From NCBI GenBank assembly GCA_965249135.1, contig OZ252220.1, positions 1,024,001 through 1,088,000 on the forward strand: DNA of 64,000 nucleotides, read 5' to 3'. This document shows, one piece after another, positions 19,799-28,523 of the stretch (position 1 is the stretch's first letter; every line of letters begins with the position of its first letter). The notes under the pieces were generated by a model. That model did not search any database. It saw only the letters and a program-made list of their open reading frames with translations, and was not told the origin of the DNA. This stretch comes from Alphaproteobacteria bacterium (GTDB lineage: Bacteria > Pseudomonadota > Alphaproteobacteria > GCA-2746255). A program made the position numbers and the translations under genes.

Positions 19799-20761
19799 TC
19801 AATATCTCACCCCTGCGAGAAGTTCATCGTCGCAAAACAGGAACGGCCCTTCATCCGAAGCAAATTTCATGGAGATTTCGGAATGTTCCTTGTGGGACAG
19901 AAGCATCCCAGAAAAATGTTTCTGGCCGAATAAGACTTCTATGCCGCCGCCAGAAAAGGTTGTTTCATAGTGGACGAGCGCCTTACCTTTCCCGGCAGTA
20001 AAAAGCGCCGTTGTGCCTTTACACACCATTCTGAACGGCCCGCCCGCGATCGCCATTGCGCTCATCGCAGCCGTTAAGTCGTCGCGGATAAATGTCGTTA
20101 TGTTTTTTGCGTCTTTCGGCCAGATGCGTTCTATATCCGGGAACCTGCAGTTGATCAGTTTTGAGGACGCGGCAGTTCCATCTTCACCGTGCCATGTAAC
20201 CATGCGATCCGTTGCCGAGCAGGCGATTTCTTCGCCGCCATTGCGGACCAGGAATTGAGCAAAGACCCATGGAATAATGATGCCCTTCTCTAGTGTCGCG
20301 TGAGCCTTGCGGCGCGCCGCCCTCTGTGCGTTTGTCGCCTCTATGCGGCCGTTACAAGCAAAAATTCCGCGCAGTTCCCATCGCCCGCTGTTCTGGTCGC
20401 ACGCGCCGATGATCCCCGCCAAGTCCGCAGACGTGAAGTGAATGTTCGGTTTTTCTGGCGCGTGTTTTAGGCCGGAAAATACTTCTGCCGGTAGCGTTGG
20501 CAGAGCAATCGCGGCCCCCCCGGCCTTCAGTGTAAGAACGCCGCCTTTGAGGTCTGCGGAGATATGTTTATCGCCAATCAATTTTATGAAGGAAAACAAT
20601 CGCCTCCCATCGACGCAGCAAGGCGGGATGCCATTGGCCCACGCTACCGGGGCGTCAGCCCACTGATCGAAGTTCGTGACGGAAACGGTCCCGCTTTCTA
20701 TGCGAATATCGGCGGTGAGATCGCCCGGCCCGCAAAATGGCAGGATGCGATCAAGCGGCAT
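19799..20761 (-). CDS. Divergent DNA polymerase III beta-clamp homolog
   Basis: LPTLPAEVF, RWELRGI, ATNAQR, SKLINCRFPDIERIWP resemble DnaN motifs. Confidence 0.7.
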   Translation of the reverse strand: MPLDRILPFCGPGDLTADIRIESGTVSVTNFDQWADAPVAWANGIPPCCVDGRRLFSFIKLIGDKHISADLKGGVLTLKAGGAAIALPTLPAEVFSGLKHAPEKPNIHFTSADLAGIIGACDQNSGRWELRGIFACNGRIEATNAQRAARRKAHATLEKGIIIPWVFAQFLVRNGGEEIACSATDRMVTWHGEDGTAASSKLINCRFPDIERIWPKDAKNITTFIRDDLTAAMSAMAIAGGPFRMVCKGTTALFTAGKGKALVHYETTFSGGGIEVLFGQKHFSGMLLSHKEHSEISMKFASDEGPFLFCDDELLAGVRY

Positions 20762-20975
20762 TATTTAGGGCCTCAACGATTTTCTCTGCGGTGTCCCGGC
20801 CGAAGGCGCAGGCGATGGGGAAATTTCCACCAAGCTTCCCGTCGATGATATTGCAGCAATCGCGTTCGCTGCCTCCGGGCCCGCCCTCATAATCCGATTC
20901 TGAAATTTCTCCGTTCTGAAATTTCTCCGTAGAGAATTCATAGTCGTATCTGTTTAGCTGGGCCTTCGTCTTCAT
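20751..20975 (-). CDS. Hypothetical protein
   Basis: RBS GGAG; in operon. Confidence 0.45.
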   Translation of the reverse strand: MKTKAQLNRYDYEFSTEKFQNGEISESDYEGGPGGSERDCCNIIDGKLGGNFPIACAFGRDTAEKIVEALNNAA

Positions 20976-21164
20976 CGTCTCGTCTCCATGTAGGCCTTCA
21001 CGAATTCCCATACTCTTCCCGCATCCGCCCGATGATCCGCCGGTAATGCGCCCAGCGCCACGGCAGGACGAGCTGAAACGGATTGCGGAACAACGATTCC
21101 GCGACCCCAAGCAGCGTTTCAAAATGGGCCAGCGCCCAGGTGTGATCGTTGTGGATGGTGCGGG

Positions 21165-21698
21165 TCATGCGGCGTCTTCTTTTTTGGGATCTCGCCACAT
21201 CACTACCATTGCATTGCTGAGTGCTTCCATGAGAACTGGGATCGGCACTCCGACAGAAACAGTCACCCAGCCTTCGTTTTTGGCAACGATCTTTGGGTGT
21301 TTTTTTATCCATTCTCGGTGATTCGCCCGCCACGCCAGGCGTAGGGTTTGGAATGGCAGCAAGTAGCACATGCGGGAAGGTACGAAAGCGTAGGCTATAA
21401 AATCCGTGGCCAAGTCTTTGGCAACCCAGCCTGGTGTTTTGCAGTCGCGGTCACTCCAATATTCAAGGCAAATGTCGGGATAGACTTTATCGCGGACCTT
21501 CTCATCCACCGAAAGAGTCTTGCCGCTTTTAAGCGTGAGAACGCGATCAATCCCGCCGCGTTGAGCCCAGCCATCATTCCTAACGCAAACGGCGCTGGCA
21601 AGATCTGGAAATGCCGCTCGATAAACATCAAGCCACCATGACGCGTCGGCATGGGCGTGCGACTTGGCAAGGCTGTTGGAGAAGTTATGTATTGTCAC
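21165..21698 (-). CDS. PD-(D/E)XK nuclease-like protein
   Basis: QRGGID...VDEKVR; coupled to MT-A70 gene. Confidence 0.6.
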   Translation of the reverse strand: MTIHNFSNSLAKSHAHADASWWLDVYRAAFPDLASAVCVRNDGWAQRGGIDRVLTLKSGKTLSVDEKVRDKVYPDICLEYWSDRDCKTPGWVAKDLATDFIAYAFVPSRMCYLLPFQTLRLAWRANHREWIKKHPKIVAKNEGWVTVSVGVPIPVLMEALSNAMVVMWRDPKKEDAA

Positions 21699-22729
21699 GC
21701 CGCCTCCGCCTCATCACCCCAACCGTCCCAGCCTTCCCGCGGTTCCCCCCGAAGAAAAAGTTCCAGGCGATTCGCGTCTGGGTACATTTGTTCGATGATT
21801 TCATAAAACTCGTCAGGCTTGGCGCTGTGCTGCAGGCGCGGCGCGTTTACCACTGAAGCTGGGCGTGCCGATTCGTCAGGCGGTGGTAACTCACCCCGCT
21901 TCCCTATAAGCAGGATTTCATGCTTGTTACGGGCGTGGTAGCCCATGCCGATCTTGTCTTTCACCCAGACCATGCAAGTCCGATAGGTGAAGCCCCAGGC
22001 ATCAATAACTTGGAAGCATTCGGCGAGTTTGGGTGCCGTTACCCACAGAAAAAGCATGGCGTCTTCCGCCGCAACGCTGTCCACTCCTAATGCACAAATC
22101 TCATCTAAATCCATTGTGGAATATTGGTTTTCAATGCTGCGATTCGAGCCGCCGATAGGCGGATTTTCGTACCGCCAAGGTGGATCTGCATAAATGACGG
22201 TGTATTTGCCTGATTTCAGGGCTCCCAGAGATTTTGCTTTGCGGATTTTGTCTTGGCTTCGACGCCTGACGTGCGTTCTCAATTCGTTACGAGACCAACC
22301 TCCTTTTTCAGCCTTATCGAGAAATTTGTCCTGCTCGTTAGGCTCAAGGGAGGCCACTTCCCTGTGGTGATTCCATGAAAGAACTTCGCGCCGGCGCGAA
22401 GTTTCAATCTGACGCGCAACCCAACCGGCATCGGCTAATGTTTGAAATTTATACCCCTCGCTACCAACCGCCTGGCTCGCCCGTTCCCCATAACTATGCT
22501 CGCCATAGGCCCACCAGTCTCCCACCCACCACATGACGCTCCCGCCGGCGCGTTGGAGCCATTGGCCTGCCGCTTGCCATTCTTCAAACGTCAAGCCGTG
22601 CCTCAATTCAAGGCCGGCCGGATCTAGCCTGCCAGGTATTAGAATTGTAGTTTCTTGCTTGACGGGCTTCTTGGTCACGCCCCCGCCCTCCTGATTGGTA
22701 ATTCGATGTGTGTTAGACTTAGATTTCAC
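21695..22729 (-). CDS. MT-A70 family adenine methyltransferase with LmbU-like N-terminal domain
   Basis: VIYADPPW, LFLWVT, HSAKP, LELF.R; N-terminal WWVGDW...RRREVLSWNHHREVA. Confidence 0.88.
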   Translation of the reverse strand: MKSKSNTHRITNQEGGGVTKKPVKQETTILIPGRLDPAGLELRHGLTFEEWQAAGQWLQRAGGSVMWWVGDWWAYGEHSYGERASQAVGSEGYKFQTLADAGWVARQIETSRRREVLSWNHHREVASLEPNEQDKFLDKAEKGGWSRNELRTHVRRRSQDKIRKAKSLGALKSGKYTVIYADPPWRYENPPIGGSNRSIENQYSTMDLDEICALGVDSVAAEDAMLFLWVTAPKLAECFQVIDAWGFTYRTCMVWVKDKIGMGYHARNKHEILLIGKRGELPPPDESARPASVVNAPRLQHSAKPDEFYEIIEQMYPDANRLELFLRGEPREGWDGWGDEAEAA

Positions 22730-23013
22730 GCCGCCTCCTTCAATAATTCGCGCACCTTCTCAAGGGGTTCTCTTTGCGTCCCGTAACGCGCCTCCCAGGT
22801 TTTCACGCCCTTGTGAAGGGCTGCGCCCCGGGGGCCGTTCTGGTGGTGCGGCAGGCAAAGTGGAATCGTCTCAAAGTGCGATGCATGCCGTCCCATGCCC
22901 TGCCCGGTCAGGTGGTGGATGGAGGCGGGAGAGAAGCAGTGGCCTTCATTGCGGCAAACGATGCAACCAAGCGCCGCAACGCGGGCGAGGTGGTTCTTCT
23001 CCTCGCGTCTCAT
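22726..23013 (-). CDS. Ref-like HNH recombination-enhancement nuclease
   Basis: LGCIVC..IHH..PLC.PHH..LH.G...WEARYG. Confidence 0.8.
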   Translation of the reverse strand: MRREEKNHLARVAALGCIVCRNEGHCFSPASIHHLTGQGMGRHASHFETIPLCLPHHQNGPRGAALHKGVKTWEARYGTQREPLEKVRELLKEAA

Positions 23014-23089
23014 GGAGCCTCCACAAAAAAAGCGGCACCACCGGGCTTAGGGTCCCGGGGTGCCAGAGGGAGGGAGGAAGAAGAATTTC

Positions 23090-23542
23090 TCATAGCTTCG
23101 AATCCCGATCGAGGCCGCCTACGAAGCCTTCCATTTCCGTGATGAGTTCTCGAATCTGCTTTGCGATTTCGATCTTCTCGATATGGTCGAGCCGGCCGTC
23201 GCGCATGGCATCGGCCAGGGCGTGAAGCCGCGCCGAAATCTGGGCGACCGCCGTGTGGCCGCAAGGGTCGATCGGCGCAAGCCAGCGCGCACCCGCCTGG
23301 TCGGAAAGGGAAAGCATCTGATTCGTGAAGGCAGGCCCCAGCACCTTCTTGATCGTGGCGTAATTGCCTAAGCCAGGGGTTGCCTCGCCGCCCTGGTAGG
23401 CGCGAATCGTCCGTCCGCAAATTCCTGAAATTTCACTGAAAAAAACTGCAGAATAGGGCCGTCCCATCCCAACGCACATTCCGAACGCACGGTGGAAATG
23501 CCGCTGGGCAAGTTCATGGGAGATAAGAGGTTGATCCGCCAT
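23090..23542 (-). CDS. CII-like phage regulatory protein
   Basis: HTH N-terminus, C-terminal ADAMRDGRLDHIE; downstream of cro. Confidence 0.6.
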   Translation of the reverse strand: MADQPLISHELAQRHFHRAFGMCVGMGRPYSAVFFSEISGICGRTIRAYQGGEATPGLGNYATIKKVLGPAFTNQMLSLSDQAGARWLAPIDPCGHTAVAQISARLHALADAMRDGRLDHIEKIEIAKQIRELITEMEGFVGGLDRDSKL

Positions 23543-23647
23543 CGAAACCCTTCTCTTCCCCTCCTATCTTGGCTGCCATGTGGCGATCAATCGGTGACGT
23601 AACGGCGCGCTCGTTCAGGCTGCTGCTCTTATGTGGCAGCGATTGGT

Positions 23648-23854
23648 TCAGGCGGCTTCGTTATCACCGAAGAAGTCGTTTGGCTGGACCGTGCCGCCAG
23701 TTGCTTCTGAAAGGCGGCGGATCAGGCCAACGGAGGGCGTTTGTTCGCCAGTCTCGATGCGAGAAATTGTGGATTTAGACGCGCCAGCCAATCGAGCAAG
23801 TCCCTCCAAACTTAGGCCCATAGAGGCACGATAGCGGCGTAATGGGTGCTCCAT
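23648..23854 (-). CDS. Cro-like XRE repressor
   Basis: 68 aa HTH (LARLAGASKSTISRIETG) divergent from cI. Confidence 0.85.
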   Translation of the reverse strand: MEHPLRRYRASMGLSLEGLARLAGASKSTISRIETGEQTPSVGLIRRLSEATGGTVQPNDFFGDNEAA

Positions 23855-23863
23855 GACATTTAA

Positions 23864-23949
23864 TGTTGCACATGGTGGAACAGATAGTCAAGCCGTTTGT
23901 GCCGTCCAGTGGTAACGCCAAGAACCAGCATGTTTCATATAATGCAACT
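23864..23949. promoter_or_regulatory. OR-like region: two 19-bp operators plus divergent cro/cI promoters
   Basis: TGTTGCACATGGTGGAACA (23864-82) and TGTTTCATATAATGCAACT (23931-49); TTGACT on minus strand, TATAAT just before cI ATG. Confidence 0.7.
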
Positions 23950-23950
23950 T

Positions 23951-24292
23951 ATGCCGCATAGAACATCAAACCCCAAATACAAACTTGGGCACACATTCAT
24001 TCGTGAGTGGCGCAACCATAGGAATTTATCCCTTGATAGGCTGGTTGATCGTCTTGTTGAGCGAATTGAAATATCAAAATCAAGTCTTAGTAGGATAGAG
24101 CGAAGCAAGCAGCCGTATACACAGCCTATTTTAGAGGCCCTAGCTTGGGCGCTTAACTGTGATCCGGCCGACCTAATTATGAGAGACCCGAAGAGTGAAG
24201 TATGGACTATATGGAACAATATTAAGGACTTACAACCCAGAAAGCAGCGACAGATCGCTAACGTGGTAAGGGCGCTTATAGAGGTGGCATAA
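23951..24292 (+). CDS. CI-like XRE repressor (no peptidase domain)
   Basis: FIREWRNHRNLS...SKSSLSRIERSKQPYTQ..LEALA.ALNC; likely leaderless. Confidence 0.85.
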   Translation: MPHRTSNPKYKLGHTFIREWRNHRNLSLDRLVDRLVERIEISKSSLSRIERSKQPYTQPILEALAWALNCDPADLIMRDPKSEVWTIWNNIKDLQPRKQRQIANVVRALIEVA

Positions 24293-24299
24293 ATGTGCT

Positions 24300-24587
24300 T
24301 TAACTATGCAAGCGGTCGTAGGCGTATTCTGCCGTCATCTTAAGTGTTACGAACCTGCCGAGTGGTCGTAGCCTCAACACACTTTCTGACGGTTGTATTG
24401 GCCACCAGCCAACTGACGCTAGGCCAAGGCGTGCAAGGCCAATTCCAGAAACCGACATGAGGGCAATGCCACCCCAGAAAATCCACCACCATGTGGCTTG
24501 GGCAATCAGGCCTGTTTCTGTAATCGCTACCATGGCGATTCCAGCACTAGTAAAACCAACCCAGGGCAGCCAGCGCCAAATACCCAT
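24300..24587 (-). CDS. Small two-TM membrane protein
   Basis: Two Trp-rich hydrophobic segments; convergent with cI. Confidence 0.45.
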   Translation of the reverse strand: MGIWRWLPWVGFTSAGIAMVAITETGLIAQATWWWIFWGGIALMSVSGIGLARLGLASVGWWPIQPSESVLRLRPLGRFVTLKMTAEYAYDRLHS

Positions 24588-24722
24588 ACAACCCCCAGTC
24601 TTGTTGGCGAGACAAGACCGCGGTTATACCCCAGATTCCTCTCAATTTCGCCCATCAGCTTCTTCCTTAAAAAGGCTCTAAAGTAGCCGCCACCGTTAGT
24701 GCGTGGAATATCTTATGCTCGA

Positions 24723-24774
24723 TGTTCCGTGAGGTGCAACTTTTTCTTGACACGCTGTTCCGTCTAGTGCAACA
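24723..24774 (+). promoter_or_regulatory. OL/pL-like promoter with two 19-bp operators
   Basis: TGTTCCGTGAGGTGCAACT (24723-41) and TGTTCCGTCTAGTGCAACA (24756-74) flanking TTGACA at 24747. Confidence 0.75.
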
Positions 24775-24801
24775 TACCTCCAACGATCAACGGAGGCAGC
24801 C

Positions 24802-25116
24802 ATGCCAGAATACCTCACCCCCCGAGACGCGGCCCGCGAGGCAGAGAGCCTGGAGAGCGAGAAAGCAATCCTCGCCCGGCTCCTCGAGGCGTTTGACGCC
24901 TTCCTCTCGGCCACTAGGGACGCCATCGGCGACCTAAATCATCCCTCCGAAATCGAATCCTTCCTTGAAATGCTGGAGTCAGCCGACGCCGACTACTTGA
25001 GAGCGGCTTTCCGGGAAATCAACGAAAAGATCAGCGAGGCCCGTTCCGCTGAGGACACCTTCTACGAAAACCAGGAACGCTCCCAGACCGCCTTCCGGCA
25101 GGCAGGTGTGCGGTGA
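24802..25116 (+). CDS. First early-operon gene, acidic helical hypothetical
   Basis: RBS GGAGG; stop overlaps next GTG. Confidence 0.7.
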   Translation: MPEYLTPRDAAREAESLESEKAILARLLEAFDAFLSATRDAIGDLNHPSEIESFLEMLESADADYLRAAFREINEKISEARSAEDTFYENQERSQTAFRQAGVR

Positions 25117-25775
25117 CGCATCAGATTAAAAATCGTTTTAGCGGAGCCGTCATTTTCGAGGCAGTTACGGACCTGCGTGGGGCGGACCTGCACGGGGCGG
25201 ACCTGCACGAGGCGGGCCTGCGCGAGGCGGACCTGCGCGAGGCGGACCTGCGCGGGACGAACCTGCGCGGGGCGGACCTATTCGATGCGGACCTGTGTTG
25301 GGCGAACCTGCGCGAGGCGGACCTGCGCGGGGCGAACCTGCGCGGGGCGGGCCTGCACGGGGCGGACCTGTGCGGGGCGGACCTGCGCGGGACGAACCTG
25401 CGCGGGGCGGACCTGCGCGGGGCGGACCTGTACAAGGCGGACCTGCGCGGGGCGGACCTGCGCGAGACGGACCTGCGCGGGGCGGACCTGTGTGAGGCGA
25501 ACCTGCGCGGGGCGGACCTGCGTTGGGCGGACCTGCGCGAACAGGGCATTTTGCAAATCAATGGCGGCCTGGCCTGGCCCATTTTAATCTGGCCAACCGA
25601 AATGACTATCGGCCGTGAATGCCACACCCATGAAGAGTGGAGTGCGTTTTCCGACCGCAAAATTGCTGCGATAGACGGCAAGAATGCCCTGACGTTCTGG
25701 CGCGAAAATAAGGACTGGCTTTTAGATCGCTGCCGGTGGGCCGCCACGTTCCAGAAAAAAGAGAGGGCGTCATGA
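25113..25775 (+). CDS. Pentapeptide repeat protein 1 (25 repeats; DUF5758-like C-terminus)
   Basis: A(D/N)LxG repeats; C-terminal IGRECHTHEEW..F. Confidence 0.9.
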   Translation: MTHQIKNRFSGAVIFEAVTDLRGADLHGADLHEAGLREADLREADLRGTNLRGADLFDADLCWANLREADLRGANLRGAGLHGADLCGADLRGTNLRGADLRGADLYKADLRGADLRETDLRGADLCEANLRGADLRWADLREQGILQINGGLAWPILIWPTEMTIGRECHTHEEWSAFSDRKIAAIDGKNALTFWRENKDWLLDRCRWAATFQKKERAS

Positions 25776-25873
25776 CCCGGCAGGCCATCCAGGAGGCCCG
25801 TTCCGCCGGGGACACCTTCTGCGAAAACCAGGAACGCTCACAAACCGCCTTCCGCCAGGCGGGTGTGCGGTGA
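25772..25873 (+). CDS. 33-aa linker mini-ORF (repeated at 26721-26819 and 27643-27741)
   Basis: MTRQAIQEARSAGDTFCENQERSQTAFRQAGVR; overlaps upstream stop and downstream start. Confidence 0.55.
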   Translation: MTRQAIQEARSAGDTFCENQERSQTAFRQAGVR

Positions 25874-26724
25874 CGCATCAGATTAAAAATCGTTTTAACG
25901 GAGCCGTCATTTTCGAGGCAGTTACGGACCTGCGCGAGACGGACCTGCATGGGGCGGACCTGCGCGAGGCGGACCTGCACGGGGCGGACCTATACGGGGC
26001 GGACCTGCGCGGGGCGGACCTGCGTGTGACGGACCTGCACGGGGCGAGCCTGCACGGGGCGATTCTGCACGAGTCGGACCTGCGCGGGGCGAACCTGCGT
26101 GGGGCGAACCTGCGCGGGGCGGACCTGCGCGGGGCGAACCTGAGCGGGGCGGACCTGCACGGGACGATTCTGTGCGAGGCGGACCTGCGCGAGGCGAGCC
26201 TATACGGGGCGGACCTGAGCGGGGCGGACCTGTGTGGGGCGGGCCTGCACGGGGCGGACCTGCGCGAGGCGAACCTGCGCGAGGCGAGCCTGTACAAGGC
26301 GGACCTATACGGGGCGAACCTGAGCGGGGCGGACCTATACGGGGCGAACCTGAGCGGGGCGGACCTGCGCGGGGCGGACCTGCACGGGGCGAGCCTATAC
26401 GGGGCGGACCTATACGGGGCGAAGCTGAGCGAGGCGGACCTGCACGGGGCGGACCTGCGCGGGGCGAACCTGCACGGGGCTGACCTGAGCGAACTGGGCA
26501 TTTTGCAAATTAATGGCTTGGCCTGGCCTGTTTTAATCGGGCCAACCAAAATGACTATCGGCTGTGAATGCCATGCCCATGAAAAGTGGAGTGCGTTTTC
26601 CGACCACAAAATTGTTGCGATGTACGGCAAGAATGCCCTGACGTTCTGGCACAAAAATAAGGACTGGCTTTTAGATCGCTGCCGGTGGGCCGCCACGTTC
26701 CAGAAAAAAGAGAAGGCATCATGA
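25870..26724 (+). CDS. Pentapeptide repeat protein 2 (38 repeats)
   Basis: Same architecture; most diverged C-terminus. Confidence 0.9.
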   Translation: MTHQIKNRFNGAVIFEAVTDLRETDLHGADLREADLHGADLYGADLRGADLRVTDLHGASLHGAILHESDLRGANLRGANLRGADLRGANLSGADLHGTILCEADLREASLYGADLSGADLCGAGLHGADLREANLREASLYKADLYGANLSGADLYGANLSGADLRGADLHGASLYGADLYGAKLSEADLHGADLRGANLHGADLSELGILQINGLAWPVLIGPTKMTIGCECHAHEKWSAFSDHKIVAMYGKNALTFWHKNKDWLLDRCRWAATFQKKEKAS

Positions 26725-26818
26725 CCCGGCAGGCCATCCAGGAGGCCCGTTCCGCCGGGGACACCTTCTGCGAAAACCAGGAACGTTCCCAGACCGCCTT
26801 CCGCCAGGCAGGTGTGTG

Positions 26819-27646
26819 ATGACGCATCAGATTAAAAATCGTTTTAGCGGAGCCGTCATTTTCGAGGCAGTTACGGACCTGCGCGAGGCGGACCTGCGTG
26901 GGGCGATTCTGCACGAGGCGGGCCTGCGCGGGGCGGACCTGCACGGGGCGGACCTGTGCGAGACGAACCTGCGCGAGGCGGACCTGCACGGGACGGACCT
27001 GCGCGGGGCGGACCTGCACAAGGCGATTCTGCGCAAGGCGGGCCTGCGCGGGGCGGACCTGTGCGGGGCGAACCTGCGCGGGGCGGACCTATTCGAGGCG
27101 GGCCTGCACAAGGCGGACCTGCACAAGACGGACCTGCGCGGGGCGAACCTGTGTTGTGCGGACCTGCGCAGGGCGGACCTGCGTGGGGCGGACCTGCACG
27201 GGGCGGACCTGCACGAGGCGGGCCTGCGCGAGGCGATTCTGCGCAAGGCGGACCTGCGCGAGGCGGGCCTGCGCAGGGCGAAACTGCGTGGGGCGGACCT
27301 GCGTGGGGCGGACCTGGGCAAGGCGGACCTGCGCGAGGCGGACCTGCGCGGGGCGGACCTATACGGGGCGAACCTGCGCGGGGCGGACCTGCGTGGGGCG
27401 GACCTGCGCGAACAGGGCATTTTGCAAATCAATGGCGGCCTGGCCTGGCCCATTTTAATCTGGCCAACCGAAATGACTATCGGTTGTGAATGCCACACCC
27501 ATGAAGAGTGGAGTGCGTTTTCCGACCACAAAATTGTTGAGATAGACGGCAAGAATGCCCTGACGTTCTGGCGCGAAAATAAGGACTGGCTTTTAGATCG
27601 CTGCCGGTGGGCCGCCACGTTCCAGAAAAAAGAGAGGGCGTCATGA
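26819..27646 (+). CDS. Pentapeptide repeat protein 3 (36 repeats)
   Basis: Same architecture; TGATG coupling. Confidence 0.9.
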   Translation: MTHQIKNRFSGAVIFEAVTDLREADLRGAILHEAGLRGADLHGADLCETNLREADLHGTDLRGADLHKAILRKAGLRGADLCGANLRGADLFEAGLHKADLHKTDLRGANLCCADLRRADLRGADLHGADLHEAGLREAILRKADLREAGLRRAKLRGADLRGADLGKADLREADLRGADLYGANLRGADLRGADLREQGILQINGGLAWPILIWPTEMTIGCECHTHEEWSAFSDHKIVEIDGKNALTFWRENKDWLLDRCRWAATFQKKERAS

Positions 27647-27740
27647 CCCGGCAGGCCATCCAGGAGGCCCGTTCCGCCGGGGACACCTTCTGCGAAAACC
27701 AGGAACGCTCCCAGACCGCCTTCCGCCAGGCAGGTGTGTG

Positions 27741-28523
27741 ATGACGCATCAGATTAAAAATCGTTTTAGCGGAGCCGTCATTTTCGAGGCAGTTACGGAC
27801 CTGCGCGAGGCGGACCTGCGCAGGGCGGACCTGCACGGGGCGGACCTGCACGGGGCGGACCTGCGCGGGGCGGACCTGCGCGAGGCGGACCTGAGCGGGG
27901 CGGACCTGCACAAGGCGATTCTGCGCAAGGCGGGCCTGCGTGGGGCGGACCTGTGCGGGGCGAACCTGCGCGGGGCGGACCTATTCGAGGCGGGCCTGCA
28001 CAAGGCGGACCTGCACAAGACGGACCTGCGCGGGGCGGACCTGCGCGGGACGCACCTGCGCGGGGCGGACCTGCACGGGGCGGACCTGTACAAGGCGGAC
28101 CTGCGCGAGGCGATTCTGCGCAAGGCGGACCTGCGCGGGACGAACCTGCGCAGGGCGGACCTGCGCGGGGCGGACCTGCGTGGGGCGGACCTGCGCAGGG
28201 CGGACCTGCACGGGGCGGACCTGCGTGGGGCGGACCTGCGCAGGGCGGACCTGCACGGGGCGGACCTGAGCGAGGCGGACCTGCGCGAACAGGGCATTTT
28301 GCAAATCAATGGCGGCCTGGCCTGGCCCATTTTAATCTGGCCAACCGAAATGGCTATCGGCCGTGAATGCCACACCCATGAAGAGTGGAGTGCGTTTTCC
28401 GACCGCAAAATTGCTGCGATAGACGGCAAGAATGCCCTGACGTTCTGGCGCGAAAATAAGGACTGGCTTTTAGATCGCTGCCGGTGGGCCGCCACGTTCC
28501 AGAAAAAAGAGAGGGCGTCATGA
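27741..28523 (+). CDS. Pentapeptide repeat protein 4 (33 repeats)
   Basis: Same architecture; TGATG coupling. Confidence 0.9.
   Translation: MTHQIKNRFSGAVIFEAVTDLREADLRRADLHGADLHGADLRGADLREADLSGADLHKAILRKAGLRGADLCGANLRGADLFEAGLHKADLHKTDLRGADLRGTHLRGADLHGADLYKADLREAILRKADLRGTNLRRADLRGADLRGADLRRADLHGADLRGADLRRADLHGADLSEADLREQGILQINGGLAWPILIWPTEMAIGRECHTHEEWSAFSDRKIAAIDGKNALTFWRENKDWLLDRCRWAATFQKKERAS

Noticed and set aside
25113-28523. CRISPR array or complete DGR
   Set aside because: Repeats are in-frame 15-mers without unique spacers; no cas, reverse transcriptase or template repeat in the window
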